Shown in pieces: positions 28,278 to 39,020 of a stretch of 59,869 nucleotides of DNA (positions are counted from its first letter, which is position 1; each line of letters starts with the position of its first letter). The translations under genes and the position numbers were made by a program. The notes beneath the pieces are model-generated. The model was not told the DNA's origin. It did no database searches and saw nothing but the letters and a program-made list of their open reading frames with translations. This DNA is from an uncultured Desulfobacterales bacterium (GTDB taxonomy: Bacteria > Desulfobacterota > Desulfobacteria > Desulfobacterales > C00003060), in NCBI GenBank assembly GCA_964430705.1, contig CAYSGJ010000171.1, positions 1 to 59,869 on the forward strand. The letters are read 5' to 3'.

Positions 28278-29648
28278 TCAACCCCGAGTCTTTGCCGGAG
28301 GCGTTGATTTGCTTTCCACCCGACACACCATGTCGCCTTTTGCAACCTTGACCGCTACCTGCTCCCCCACGTTTACTTGTTCCACATCTTTGACAATGGT
28401 CAGACCGGGAAGGGTTCGGGTAACACTGAACCCCCTTTCCAGAACCGCCAGGGGATTCAACGCATTAAGCTTTCCGGCGACAACTTGGAAATCGTTTTTT
28501 CTTGAATCACATAGGTTGATTACCGCAAACCGAAGACGTTGTTGAGACCGATCAAGGCGATTGTCCAGTTCTTTTAGGGTCGCGCGAGGACCATGGCGAA
28601 CCAGGGACATACCGGCAAAACCAAACCGGTTTGCGGTATGCGCCAAAAAAGCCACACACGCCCTTTGCGCCCTAGCCGACAGGTCATCTATCCTGAGTCG
28701 CCAATCCACAATCTTTCTGCTGGGATGCACCAACCTTGCCGTCAGGCTGTGAACTTGGCCGCCCAATGATTCCAGCCGGCGCCCCATGGCGCGGGCAAGC
28801 CTTATAACCATGGCATCATTTCGAGCCAGCAAAAAGGATTTTTCGGGCACAACGAGTTCGGCTGCGGCCGAAGGCGTCGGGGCCCGAAAATCGGCGACCA
28901 GGTCTGCGATTGTGTAATCCGTTTCATGCCCGATGGCTGAGACTACCGGGATGTTACAGGAAAAAATCGCCCTGGCGACTTCCTCGGAATTAAATGCCTG
29001 CAAATCTTCGAGTGAACCGCCGCCCCGGGCCAACACGACCACATCGGCGGTCTGTCGTTGACCCAACAGATCAAAAGCGTGCACGATTTCTTGGACAGCC
29101 CCTTGCCCTTGAACTTTTGCCGGCGCGATCTCAATGGCCATGTTGGGAAAGCGGCGTTGCGTGACGTGCAAAAAATCCCGGATAACCGCCCCGGTAGGCG
29201 ATGTGATAACGGCGATATGTTGGGGCAACAACGGAAGAGGGCGCTTATGGGTCTGGTCAAACACGCCCTCGGATGAAAGCTTGGCCTTGAGTTGTTCAAA
29301 AGCCACCTGAAGCGCACCCACCCCTCCGGGCTCAACATATTCCACGATAATCTGGTATATGCCCCTGGTCTCAAACACATTAATCCGGCCCATGGCAATG
29401 ACGGCCATGCCGTCTTCAAGCCCGAACTGCAATTTTCGACCGTGGCCACGAAAAATGACCGCGCTGATCCGTGCGGTTTCATCCTTCAGCGTGAAGTAGA
29501 GGTGCCCCGACACCGGTTGTCGTAAATTGGAAATTTCCCCGCTGACCCAAACGAAAGGAAAGGCCTCTTCAAGAAACCCTTTGATGTTTTGTGTCAATTC
29601 ACTTATGGTGTAAATGCGGCGTTCCGGCAATGACCACGCATCGTTCAT
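28278..29648 (-). CDS. xseA: Exodeoxyribonuclease VII large subunit
   Basis: GEISN, SGHLYFTLKD, ARGGGSLEDL, SAIGHETD, APTPSAAAE. Confidence 0.95.
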   Translation of the reverse strand: MNDAWSLPERRIYTISELTQNIKGFLEEAFPFVWVSGEISNLRQPVSGHLYFTLKDETARISAVIFRGHGRKLQFGLEDGMAVIAMGRINVFETRGIYQIIVEYVEPGGVGALQVAFEQLKAKLSSEGVFDQTHKRPLPLLPQHIAVITSPTGAVIRDFLHVTQRRFPNMAIEIAPAKVQGQGAVQEIVHAFDLLGQRQTADVVVLARGGGSLEDLQAFNSEEVARAIFSCNIPVVSAIGHETDYTIADLVADFRAPTPSAAAELVVPEKSFLLARNDAMVIRLARAMGRRLESLGGQVHSLTARLVHPSRKIVDWRLRIDDLSARAQRACVAFLAHTANRFGFAGMSLVRHGPRATLKELDNRLDRSQQRLRFAVINLCDSRKNDFQVVAGKLNALNPLAVLERGFSVTRTLPGLTIVKDVEQVNVGEQVAVKVAKGDMVCRVESKSTPPAKTRG

Positions 29649-29825
29649 AGATTCACATATACCATAGGATCCAAGGTCCCACAATTTCTTTTTCGCGCGG
29701 CCTATAATAGCTAACTTGCCAATAATAATAGTTATTTAAATGTTTTCGCAAATGTATTTGATCGATCCCGTGTTGGATAAAAACCTTTTATGTTCCGCTG
29801 AAAATCTCGCAATTTGAAAGGGCTG

Positions 29826-30266
29826 ATGAACAAAAGAATAAAAAAAGAGCTGGAAACCCTGGGCGAACGAACGGGGGAGCGTATCGGGCAAGCGATTTCC
29901 AAAGATGGTGAGGCAAAGGCGGCTCGAGTCGGCAAAAGGCTGGGGGAAAGCGTGGGCGAGCACATGGAACGCGTTCACGAGAGATTGGAAAAAGAGACCG
30001 TCACCAAGCAAGAACAGCTCGGAGTTGGTGGTAAGCTCGGCACGGCGCTCGGGGTTCTTGGAAAAAACCTGGTTGAAAAACGCTATGGCATTCTCGGTAA
30101 ACTGGCCGGAGGCGGAAACCTGGTTTCCGATGGCCGCATCTTGGGCGCTAAGGCTGAAAAGATGGTCAAACGCGCGGTAAGGTCCGGTGTCGAGCGCCTG
30201 GGAAAGCGCTCGGATGATGCCGAAAAAACGGTTTCGAATAAAAACCCGAAAAAAGATAACGTCTGA
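29826..30266 (+). CDS. Hypothetical basic, Gly-rich helical protein
   Basis: Fills the gap between xseA and the next gene; recurring GxxxG spacing; no family recognised. Confidence 0.6.
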   Translation: MNKRIKKELETLGERTGERIGQAISKDGEAKAARVGKRLGESVGEHMERVHERLEKETVTKQEQLGVGGKLGTALGVLGKNLVEKRYGILGKLAGGGNLVSDGRILGAKAEKMVKRAVRSGVERLGKRSDDAEKTVSNKNPKKDNV

Positions 30267-30369
30267 TAATATATATTATGTAAACTTTTAACCAACGGCG
30301 TCTTTTACCTCTTTCGCACCCTATTGAACCTGTTCTCCTTCCTGTTCTCGTGTCCGGGCGTTTTCACAT

Positions 30370-30645
30370 CTACATGTCCAAATTCAACATGACCCTTACA
30401 GCCGGTTTGATATAAATGCCTTCGAGATCCATACCGTTCAGACCGTCCGTCAACAGTCTGAGTTTTTCCGCAGATCCGGCGCCTTTGTCGATTAAAAGAA
30501 ATTTTTGCCCCTTAATGCGGCATACCCCGCCTTTTGATGGGTAATCCAAGGTTTTCAGATCATCGTATCGGACGGTAACGCCCAGCATTCGTAGGATGTC
30601 TTCTAGGTATGCGCACAATCTTTCCGATTCCATGCAATCCATCAA
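30370..30645 (-). CDS. Small hypothetical protein
   Basis: GGVCRIKG...GIYIKPAVR; start overlaps stop of the HD-domain gene. Confidence 0.7.
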   Translation of the reverse strand: MMDCMESERLCAYLEDILRMLGVTVRYDDLKTLDYPSKGGVCRIKGQKFLLIDKGAGSAEKLRLLTDGLNGMDLEGIYIKPAVRVMLNLDM

Positions 30646-31814
30646 GAAGCGGGTTTGAAGTTTCCGGTCGTTTTGGGGAGGCGTAGGTGCTGGGGAAACT
30701 GGGCCAGAAAAAAGTCGTCCGTCATGCCTCCGATAAAGTCCCTTGCGATCTCCGGATAAGTGGCATCGGCCGTATAATGCGCCGACATGCCATCCAAATA
30801 CTCAGTAAAAATAATGGAAGTCCTGTTTTTTCTTTCCAAATCGCTTATAAATTGTTCAAATAAAGCATTAAATAGGTGTTGTACTGCGCCGGGATTCGGC
30901 TTTATTTTTTGATTCATATAGATGTGACTCAAGTTAAAACGTTTCAAACAGGCCAGGGCCTCAGAGGTCTCGTCGCTGAAGGCGATATAAGGCTTGTTGA
31001 GGCTGTTTGTGATGAGATCTATTACCAAGCGATATACGATCGTGCCGTTGGTGTTCCCAAGGTGCGCCACCGCTTGTTCAGGCAGTTGGTTTCTCGTGAT
31101 AAGATTCAGGCGGATGGCGTCTTCGATATCCCTGCCGATATAGCTGATGGTGTCGGCCATGCGTACGACACAGCCTTCCAGGGTCGTAGGCGTAAGCAAC
31201 AATTCTGGATCCTGCGTTTTTGCCGCAATTTGTTCATCCAACACTTTAAAGGTCTTGTCTGGTGTCGGGCGCAGTTCTTTGGCATGGATTTCACCGTCGT
31301 GGCACAATATGCCGTCAAGGGTTTGGAGGGAAAGGTTCAGCCCCGTGCCCTTTCGTTCGATCTTGTCCAACGCCCTGACGCTTTGAACATTGTGCAGGTA
31401 AGGGCCTATGCCGGCGTTTTCGCAAAGCTCCGACAGATATTTTTCCCCGTCATGCCCGAATGGGCAGTGTCCGATATCGTGTCCCAGGGCAACGGCCTCA
31501 ATAAGGTCTTCATTCAGGCCCAGAAAACGGCCGATGGTTCTCGATATTTTCGAAACCAGTTGGACGTGAAGAACCCTGTGGGTAATATGGTCGTTGTCGA
31601 CCAGGTAGAAAACCTGGGTTTTATCGATATACCGCGTATAGGCCAGGGAGTGCAGAATGCGATCGGAGTCCACGGCATAGTCTTGGCGATGGCCTTGCTC
31701 AATCAGCGGTTCAGGAACCCGTCGCAGCGCTTGCGTTGTATAGGCCGCAAATGGTGAAAGAAACTGCTTCTCACGATCGTTCAGCGATTCCTTGAGGCGT
31801 TTCAGTCTGTGCAA
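30642..31814 (-). CDS. dGTP triphosphohydrolase-like HD-domain protein
   Basis: DRILHS, KTQVF, THRVLH, GHDIGHCPFGHDGE, ADTISY, DFIGGMTD. Confidence 0.88.
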   Translation of the reverse strand: MHRLKRLKESLNDREKQFLSPFAAYTTQALRRVPEPLIEQGHRQDYAVDSDRILHSLAYTRYIDKTQVFYLVDNDHITHRVLHVQLVSKISRTIGRFLGLNEDLIEAVALGHDIGHCPFGHDGEKYLSELCENAGIGPYLHNVQSVRALDKIERKGTGLNLSLQTLDGILCHDGEIHAKELRPTPDKTFKVLDEQIAAKTQDPELLLTPTTLEGCVVRMADTISYIGRDIEDAIRLNLITRNQLPEQAVAHLGNTNGTIVYRLVIDLITNSLNKPYIAFSDETSEALACLKRFNLSHIYMNQKIKPNPGAVQHLFNALFEQFISDLERKNRTSIIFTEYLDGMSAHYTADATYPEIARDFIGGMTDDFFLAQFPQHLRLPKTTGNFKPAS

Positions 31815-31815
31815 T

Positions 31816-32610
31816 TCAGATTTCCTCCCGTTCGATCATGTTGTCTATCATATGGTAATAGTCCATACCGGCCTGCCTAAACCCTTCCTTGCCGTATTTC
31901 AAATTCAGTTCAAATACGCCGAATCGGCCGTTGTGCACATACAGATCGAGCCCTACGTCATCCAGGCGGCACAAACGGGCGACATGCACGGCAAACGCAA
32001 CCCCCGCCTTTGGGATGTCGGCAAAACTGATGACCGCTCCTAGCGCTACATTCGTACGAAATTCATCGCCTTGTGCAATACGCCAATATGCATGCACGGC
32101 ACGCCCTCCGATAACGATCACGCGCAGATCGCGGTCTACAGGCAGGTACTCCTGTATATAAGCCGGCCCGCCGGTGCGGATGTATTCGGCCAGTTCAGCG
32201 ACATTTCTTATGAGATAAACCCCCCTGCCAAGCGCCGAACCGCGTGCCACCTTTCCAATGAACGGGAAGGCAAAGTGGTTGAGGATTTTGGATTTCTGGT
32301 AATTTCCATAAAAAATGCGGGTTCTGGGGTGCGCAATATCCAGTAGTTCAAAAAGCGCTGTCTGTTTGATCTTGTCTTGGGCGTATTTGTACGTATGGTA
32401 GCTCGGAAACGTACGTTTCCCAACGGTGTCAAAAATGTCGGCGTAAAAGGCCGTGGGATAATAGACAACGCTGCTATTCCTGATAAGCTCCAGCTGCCAG
32501 TCCTCATAATCGGAGAGATTGGTTCGAAGGCCCAACGTAAGGACGTTTTTACAGGAACGCAACCGGCTCTCGATGGCAATTTTTTTTGTGTTCAGATGGG
32601 CCTGTGACAA
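31816..32610 (-). CDS. RimK-like ATP-grasp ligase
   Basis: DKIKQ, GSALGRGV, YIQEYL, DLRVIVIG, FRTNVALG, ELN. Confidence 0.85.
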   Translation of the reverse strand: MSQAHLNTKKIAIESRLRSCKNVLTLGLRTNLSDYEDWQLELIRNSSVVYYPTAFYADIFDTVGKRTFPSYHTYKYAQDKIKQTALFELLDIAHPRTRIFYGNYQKSKILNHFAFPFIGKVARGSALGRGVYLIRNVAELAEYIRTGGPAYIQEYLPVDRDLRVIVIGGRAVHAYWRIAQGDEFRTNVALGAVISFADIPKAGVAFAVHVARLCRLDDVGLDLYVHNGRFGVFELNLKYGKEGFRQAGMDYYHMIDNMIEREEI

Positions 32611-32636
32611 ACGAAGGCTCCTCGGTGCAAGAAATG

Positions 32637-33320
32637 TCAGTTGAATAACCAGAACCTCACAATATAAAACAGCGCTGCGGCGCCGTCTCGCCAGGTAATC
32701 TTTTTCCCTTCCTCATAGCCCCTCCCACTATAAGAGATGGGCACCTCATAAATGCGGCACTTCAGCTTGGCAAACTTCGCCGTTATCTCGGGTTCGAAGC
32801 CGAACCGTTGCGATGTAATCTGAATATCGGACAACAGCGATGCGCGGAAAACCTTGTAACAGGTTTCCATGTCGGTAAGGTTGAGGTTGGTGAACATGTT
32901 GGACAAAATGGTCAGGAACTTATTGCCCACATAGTGCCAAAAAAAAAGAACGCGATGGGGCCCACCAATAAATCTGGACCCGTAAACAACGTCTGCACGG
33001 CCGTCCAAAATGGGCTCGAGCAGATCATCATAGTCTCGGGGATCGTACTCCAGATCTGCGTCTTGGATGATGACAATATCGCCGGTGACATGCTGAAAGG
33101 CGGTTCGCAGTGCCGCGCCTTTGCCTTGGTTTTGGGTGTGAAAAACCACAATAAGTTCCTGGTCGGTCACCATTTCACGCAGCCGTTCCGTGGTGCCGTC
33201 TGTAGACCCGTCATCTACCACGATGATTTCTTTAGGATGTGGTGTCGACTTTACACGACTGATGATCTGCTCAATCGTATGGACCTCATTGTAGGCTGGA
33301 ATGACAATCGAAAGTTTCAT
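32637..33320 (-). CDS. Glycosyltransferase family 2 (polyprenol-phosphate sugar synthase-like)
   Basis: [34 protein letters not shown]. Confidence 0.92.
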   Translation of the reverse strand: MKLSIVIPAYNEVHTIEQIISRVKSTPHPKEIIVVDDGSTDGTTERLREMVTDQELIVVFHTQNQGKGAALRTAFQHVTGDIVIIQDADLEYDPRDYDDLLEPILDGRADVVYGSRFIGGPHRVLFFWHYVGNKFLTILSNMFTNLNLTDMETCYKVFRASLLSDIQITSQRFGFEPEITAKFAKLKCRIYEVPISYSGRGYEEGKKITWRDGAAALFYIVRFWLFN

Positions 33321-33421
33321 GATTTGGTTCTTCTCCGGTGTGGTTGGAGAAAGGATCCAAGGATTTCTTGCGCGCCTTGGGATTACACCCGCTCCATTGG
33401 ACCGGATGGACGGCGCCCATA

Positions 33422-34261
33422 TCAGGAGTCAAGGACAACAATCTCCGCATCGGACAAGTCCAGGTCGAACGCACCGCCGGGAGCCGAAATTCCTACCTCA
33501 AATGTCTCCATGCGCAATAACAGATCCGTGTCGCCGGCCGCCTTGGATATTTGGATTCTGTACGGCACACGGTATTGCCCGTGTTGTTCAAATTCGCTGA
33601 AAAACACCGTGTACTTTACATCGCCGAAGCCATCAAACGTCTCGATGCGCTCAACCGTTTTTCCATCGTCCATGAACCACATCTTTTGGATAATCCGATT
33701 CCATCGCCCGTACAGGGTCATTATTGGTCGGCCGTCACCTTGCCGCATTTGAACCTTGGCCTTATGGAATTCGGGAAGTGATGGTTGGCCGGATAGAAAA
33801 GCGAAAAGATCTTCATCCCGCAAAGGAACAGATAAGATCCTGGAAAGGCTTCGGCCGGCGGTCTTGCCTTGATAGCAAATGTTGTCTTTAACGACGTACA
33901 GATAGAAAACAGGCCTTTTTACCAAAAAAGTAGCCAAGGGCCGGCCCCATGGGCCCAGCATTTCCATTCTCAGCTTACCGGACTGAGAGCCTATCCATGC
34001 CACCCGCATCCTTTTGGGAGTTCCCGAGTCTCGAATGTTCAATTTTCCCAGGCCTCTGAAATCGGGAAACTCCTCTTGGCGCCGCAACAAAGAGGCCGTA
34101 AATTGGACCGTTTGCGATTCGGACAAGACGGTAACAGTCCTGGTGGTTAAAGAGGAGCATGACGAAAAACAAGTCAATGACAACCATGCTGCGGTGATGC
34201 CAAGGACAACCCTAATCGTTTTTCTTGAGTTTCTTTTTGGTTGCGGTGATTTTTTCTTCAA
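33422..34261 (-). CDS. LolB-like / DUF4292-like lipoprotein
   Basis: Lipobox-like [15 protein letters not shown]-terminal PYRI...AFDL; follows TPR gene. Confidence 0.6.
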   Translation of the reverse strand: MKKKSPQPKRNSRKTIRVVLGITAAWLSLTCFSSCSSLTTRTVTVLSESQTVQFTASLLRRQEEFPDFRGLGKLNIRDSGTPKRMRVAWIGSQSGKLRMEMLGPWGRPLATFLVKRPVFYLYVVKDNICYQGKTAGRSLSRILSVPLRDEDLFAFLSGQPSLPEFHKAKVQMRQGDGRPIMTLYGRWNRIIQKMWFMDDGKTVERIETFDGFGDVKYTVFFSEFEQHGQYRVPYRIQISKAAGDTDLLLRMETFEVGISAPGGAFDLDLSDAEIVVLDS

Positions 34262-35927
34262 TAGGCCCTCTGTCGTTTTCGGCTTTTTCTAATGCCATCT
34301 CGTAATGCATCAGCGCCTCGTCATACCGGCCGGCCATTGCATAGGCATCCGCCAAGTGCTCCAGAATTGTCCGATCCTCCGGCACCAGACTGACCGCTTC
34401 TTCAAGAAAATCGACGGCCTTGTCAAATTTTCCCTGTTTAAAATAGACCCATCCTAAGCTGTCGGTGATGTACCCGTCATTTGGTTTAAACTCCATCGCC
34501 CTTAAAATCAAGGTTTCGGCTTCTTCCAGGTTGATTCCCTGTTCGGCATACGTATATCCCAAATAATTTAACGCTTCTGCGTGGGTTGGATCAATATCAA
34601 TGATCGTTTTCATTTCGTTGATGCAGGCATCTTTGTCCCCGAGTTTATCGTAAACCACGCCGAGACGAAAAAGGAGCCTGATATGTCCCGGCTGCAGCAG
34701 AAGGCCTTTTTTCAGGGCATCGACGGCCTCGAGATAAGACCCCATCTCTTCATACAATGCACCCAGAAAAAGGTACGCTTCAGGTTCGTCGGGATCTTTT
34801 TCGAGGGCCTTATTCATTTTCTCGACGGCTTCTTCTCGGTCCCCCTTTTCCTGTAATAAGAAGCTCAGATGCACCAAGGCACTGCGATGATACGAAGACG
34901 TCTCTGGAACCCTTTCGTATGCGTCAATCGCTTTTTCGGTTTGTTTAAGCCCTTCAAATGCCATTCCCAGGAAATAATGAATCTCCGGATTATCGGGACT
35001 CTGCTCCAAAAGAAGCTCGAATGTTTCTGCCGCTTCGGAATAATACTTCTGATCTAGGTAGATGAGGGCAATCTGTTTAACCACCAACGGGTTGGACCGA
35101 CTGCGCAGCTTGAGTTCATCGAAGACCTTCTCAGCTCCCGCGTCCTGGCCCAATTTCAGATAGTATTGTCCCAACCCCACGGCGGCTTTGATATTGTCCG
35201 GCTTGTTGTCCAATATTTTTATGTAGGTATCCAAAACCTGGTCATGGGCTTCAGTTGCCTCATAGACGTTGGCAAGCTCGAATAACGTGTTTTCATAGTC
35301 CGGTTTGAGCTCAAGACATCTCGCGAAAGCCTTTTCCGCCAAATCGTATTTTTTCATGGAGGCTGCAATCGCTCCCAAATGATAAAAACCTGAAAAAGAT
35401 TCGGGATGTATCTCTGTAAGTTTTTCGTAGAGTGCTAAAGCTGTTTCCGGTTTTTTGCTCTTGACGTATTCGGATCCCAGCAACAGGTAAATGCGTTCAG
35501 ACTCGGGGTCGAGTTCAAGTGCCTTTTCGTAGGCTTGGATCGCTTCGGGATGCTGATTGATGGTCGCATAGATACCGGCAAGTAACGTGATAGAAGCCAC
35601 GTTGGTTGGATCTTTTTCGACAATGTCCTCCATAACCCTCAAGGCCTGGTTGTAATCGTTGTGTTGAATATAGAGCCTGGCAAGCTCGGTTTTCAAAAAA
35701 ACAGAATCTTCATCGCGTGCCACGGCCTGCCCCAGAAACTCAATAGCCCTTTCGATATCTCCCTGCTTTTTCACAAGGTGAGACTGCGTATAATAGTAAT
35801 AGGGGCTGATCTCTGTTGAATAGGTTTGCACCGACGCAGCGGGCAATTTTTTCTCCCCTACGGTACAGGCCGTGGGAGCCAAGATAATGCACACGAATAT
35901 TAAGGCTTTCGCCGACTTATCCAACAT
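34212..35927 (-). CDS. TPR-repeat lipoprotein
   Basis: PTAC lipobox-like, many TPRs, ALNYLGY and DSLGWVYF. Confidence 0.88.
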   Translation of the reverse strand: MLDKSAKALIFVCIILAPTACTVGEKKLPAASVQTYSTEISPYYYYTQSHLVKKQGDIERAIEFLGQAVARDEDSVFLKTELARLYIQHNDYNQALRVMEDIVEKDPTNVASITLLAGIYATINQHPEAIQAYEKALELDPESERIYLLLGSEYVKSKKPETALALYEKLTEIHPESFSGFYHLGAIAASMKKYDLAEKAFARCLELKPDYENTLFELANVYEATEAHDQVLDTYIKILDNKPDNIKAAVGLGQYYLKLGQDAGAEKVFDELKLRSRSNPLVVKQIALIYLDQKYYSEAAETFELLLEQSPDNPEIHYFLGMAFEGLKQTEKAIDAYERVPETSSYHRSALVHLSFLLQEKGDREEAVEKMNKALEKDPDEPEAYLFLGALYEEMGSYLEAVDALKKGLLLQPGHIRLLFRLGVVYDKLGDKDACINEMKTIIDIDPTHAEALNYLGYTYAEQGINLEEAETLILRAMEFKPNDGYITDSLGWVYFKQGKFDKAVDFLEEAVSLVPEDRTILEHLADAYAMAGRYDEALMHYEMALEKAENDRGPIEEKITATKKKLKKND

Positions 35928-36019
35928 GTTGTTTTTTTCTCCTGTTTGGCTTCAAAAAGCTTTCTTCGCATCCGATGGCACCTTAAAAAAACCGGCTAAA
36001 TCGTTGCGAAAAATTCATT

Positions 36020-37006
36020 CTAATCCCTGCCGCCTATACCATCAAGGAATGAATCAAATTCAGGGATCTCTTGTTCAAAATACGACTTCATTTTTTTGAT
36101 CATGTTACTTTCAATCTGACGGACACGCTCTCTTGAAATACCGTAACGCTTGCCGATATCTTGAAGCGTTGCCGGCGTGTCGGAGAAAAGTCGGTTTTCC
36201 AATATGTCCAGCTCTCTATCGTTTAATTCATTTTTGATAATGGCCAGTTTTTCATGAAGAATCGCCTCCATCTGCTTTTTGGCCACCTGTCTGTCCATGG
36301 ATACTCCGGGCGTGGCGACAAATGCAATCCGTTCGTCTTCAGAATCGTCCTTAACGGGAGCGTCCAAGGAAACCTCCCATCCATCCAACCGCTGATCCAT
36401 GTCGGTTACTTCCTGCTCGGTGACCCCAAGTCTTTCCGATAAGAGCTTCGGCTTCGGGTCAAATCCCTCGGAAATGAGTTTTTGTTTTTCTTTTTTCAGT
36501 CTAAAAAAAAGCTTCCTCTGTGCCTGTGTCGTGCCGATCTTGACCAAACGCCAATTATCCATGATGAATTTCAGGATATAGGCCTTTATCCAAAAAGAGG
36601 CATAGTAGGAGAAACGAACGCCTTTGTGGGGATCGAATTTTCGCACAGCCTGCATCAGACCGATATTTCCTTCCTGGATAAGGTCAAGAAGATTCTGCAT
36701 CCAGACGCGCTGGAACTCCATGGCGATTTTGACCACAAGCCTCAAGTTAGAAGTAACGAGTTTATACGCGGCCTCACGATCCCCTTCTTCCCTGACGCGC
36801 AAGGCCAGTTCTACCTCTTCTTCCTTTGTCAAGAGCCTATGTTGTCCGATCTCCCACAGGTAGCGCTGCAGGGGATCGTACTTGACCAGGTGCGAATCAG
36901 ACGAAGATGATCTCGTCGTTTTGAGCTTGTCGGCTCCGGCGACCTTTTTTCCCCTTGCCGTCTCCTTTTTGGCTTCTTTTATGTCTTTGATCATCGAAAA
37001 CACCAT
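36020..37006 (-). CDS. rpoH: RNA polymerase sigma-32 (RpoH-like) factor
   Basis: NLRLVVKIA, DLIQEGNIGL, RpoH box QRKLFFRL, SRERVRQIE. Confidence 0.85.
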   Translation of the reverse strand: MVFSMIKDIKEAKKETARGKKVAGADKLKTTRSSSSDSHLVKYDPLQRYLWEIGQHRLLTKEEEVELALRVREEGDREAAYKLVTSNLRLVVKIAMEFQRVWMQNLLDLIQEGNIGLMQAVRKFDPHKGVRFSYYASFWIKAYILKFIMDNWRLVKIGTTQAQRKLFFRLKKEKQKLISEGFDPKPKLLSERLGVTEQEVTDMDQRLDGWEVSLDAPVKDDSEDERIAFVATPGVSMDRQVAKKQMEAILHEKLAIIKNELNDRELDILENRLFSDTPATLQDIGKRYGISRERVRQIESNMIKKMKSYFEQEIPEFDSFLDGIGGRD

Positions 37007-37480
37007 GGTGATCCGTGCCGAAGCGTGAGCCGGGCTGTCTTTCTGTCCATTTTTACCGCTGACGTCTTGAAAAGCCCCCTGCCCTTCGGCAGCCGGTAAA
37101 TCCGGGGCGAAGCCCCTAACTTGACTTATTTTTTATCCAATCATGTCAATACCAAACAGCCCGTGGTTAATCAAGGCATAATGACGGCCGACAAAAAACC
37201 GTAAGACTTGCGAGTGCGCGGATAGGTTGCCATTATAAATGCATCGCAGCACCTGGGTCCATGGTCGGATTCCGGTAAGCGCAAAGGCCTCTTTTTATTG
37301 CCGCAACTATGGACAATAAAAACGGGCTATGGTATTTCCTTTTTTTTAAGAACTGGGTTGCCAAAGGCCGATCGGCTAATAATTTGTAAGGATTTAGCTC
37401 TCTGAAGTCGATACAATCCCGGTGTTTTAAAGCGCTGACCTGTTATCAAGTTTTTGGTCGCGCTTGGTCGCGCAATGAAT

Positions 37481-37557
<77 letters not shown>

Positions 37558-38011
37558 ATAAAAACATCCATCATAAATCCCGGTCGAGAATTCTTAAGTT
37601 TTGCCGGCCCACATCCGATATATCACCCAAGGCCGGAAGGGCCTCCACCTTCCAAAATAACCATCTAACGGGGAACAGCTTAGGAAAATATAAAAACCTA
37701 CCTTTCGGAGGCCCCCGGCCCCAATTTTTTTTATACTCTGCCATTGCTTGAAGCACGCTTTTTCCGAGGTGCTCTTTTTGGCAGTGCCATGTATTCGGTT
37801 GACACTCATAAGCTTGGTTGGGATTTTCATGGTCCGGCAAAACACACCACTTTCATTACATTTTGGTCGCTCCCAATTACCAATTTGCAATCGCATCTTG
37901 GCTATTCACCGGTTCACGGATCATCTCGTTGTGTTTTTGCTTCCTCAATTTAGGCGCATTTTTAAGAGGTTAAGCTGCAATGCGTTTCAGCGTATGATGG
38001 GTTAACCATTA

Positions 38012-38027
38012 TGGCATGTGGCTTGCT
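38012..38027 (+). promoter_or_regulatory. Sigma-54 (-24/-12) promoter
   Basis: TGGCATGTGGCTTGCT with exact GG-N10-GC spacing, about 70 bp upstream of ORF 38098. Confidence 0.75.
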
Positions 38028-38097
38028 CAATGGTAGTGGCAAAAGAGGTACAGGGCGGTTTTTATAAACTGAGCGTCAAAAGCAATCAAAGGGGGGA

Positions 38098-38418
38098 ATG
38101 ACAATGTCTCGCGAATTTTGCACTGCATATGATGTCAGTCAGGGCAAAAATGCAATGCCGGGTATTCTCAGTACCGGACCGCGTCTCTGGAAATTTGTAA
38201 TGGGCATTGATACGGCGCTCGACTGGATAACCGAAAGGTTGGACAGGAAGTTTGTCTCCGCTATGGAACGTTGCGTCCACGAGCCTCCGGATGGAAAAAA
38301 TGACATCCGGATACTCAAGCGTACCGTTTTAGTGCTGGTTTGTGTCGGACTGTTAATCTCGGTGGTTTCCATAAAGCTTTCCGTCGAAGCGCAGATGGCC
38401 TACGCCATTCTTGGATAG
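38098..38418 (+). CDS. Hypothetical small membrane protein
   Basis: Purine-rich RBS before ATG 38098/38104, C-terminal hydrophobic helix, downstream of sigma-54 promoter. Confidence 0.55.
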   Translation: MTMSREFCTAYDVSQGKNAMPGILSTGPRLWKFVMGIDTALDWITERLDRKFVSAMERCVHEPPDGKNDIRILKRTVLVLVCVGLLISVVSIKLSVEAQMAYAILG

Positions 38419-38516
38419 AAACGTCAAACAGAGACAGGCTTGAGAATTTTTTTTCGGCTCTTTTGACTGTATCCCTTCAGAATCCTTTGGCGGTCGAACA
38501 GATAAGGAGTGCAGCT

Positions 38517-38672
38517 CTGAACACTGTCCACCAACAGCTATCGGACGACCGAAAGATGGAGAAGGCCTTGGCGGTCCTGGGAGGATTGACCCTGGCTTGC
38601 GTGGTGGGAATTTCCTTGTTGTTTGTTGCAATTTCCGGAATCATTCACCTGTATGAGGTCTTTGGGGGATAG
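38517..38672 (+). CDS. Hypothetical small membrane peptide (start uncertain; CTG 38517 or ATG 38556)
   Basis: AAGGAG 7 nt before an in-frame CTG; long hydrophobic C-terminal segment. Confidence 0.4.
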   Translation: MNTVHQQLSDDRKMEKALAVLGGLTLACVVGISLLFVAISGIIHLYEVFGG

Positions 38673-38815
38673 CCTAAAAGCCCCCAATTAGTGTCCACCC
38701 CCTACCCTTGCTAAACCAGAAATATCTCACAAGCATCATCTCCTGCCCCACAGGGCCGTGGCGTCATTGATTAAAAAAGAAAGACCTGCGTTTTGAAATT
38801 TGTAAAATAACCCAT

Positions 38816-38873
38816 TACAGTTCTCTATAAAGCTCAAGTAACACCGTCTTCCGGCCTATGGGCATCGGCCCTC
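38816..38873 (+). mobile_element. Truncated copy of foldback/MITE-like element
   Basis: 55/58 identical to 59743-59800. Confidence 0.7.
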
Positions 38874-39020
38874 ATGGCGATTGGACAAGTACGATTTTGT
38901 AAAACCCTTGTCAAAATGGCAGCCCTATGGTAGTTATTTTACATTACATCGCAAGAAGCCACAACCATTGGGTGCGGATGTTTACGCAGCGCCAAGAGAT
39001 TTAAAGAATTTCCTGATCTG

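Noticed and set aside
30876-33752. Long plus-strand ORFs (30876-31757, 32808-33752)
   Set aside because: Antisense to clearly identified genes
37571-38005. Short overlapping ORFs after the tRNA
   Set aside because: No clear RBS or motifs; more likely the upstream regulatory region of the sigma-54 promoter
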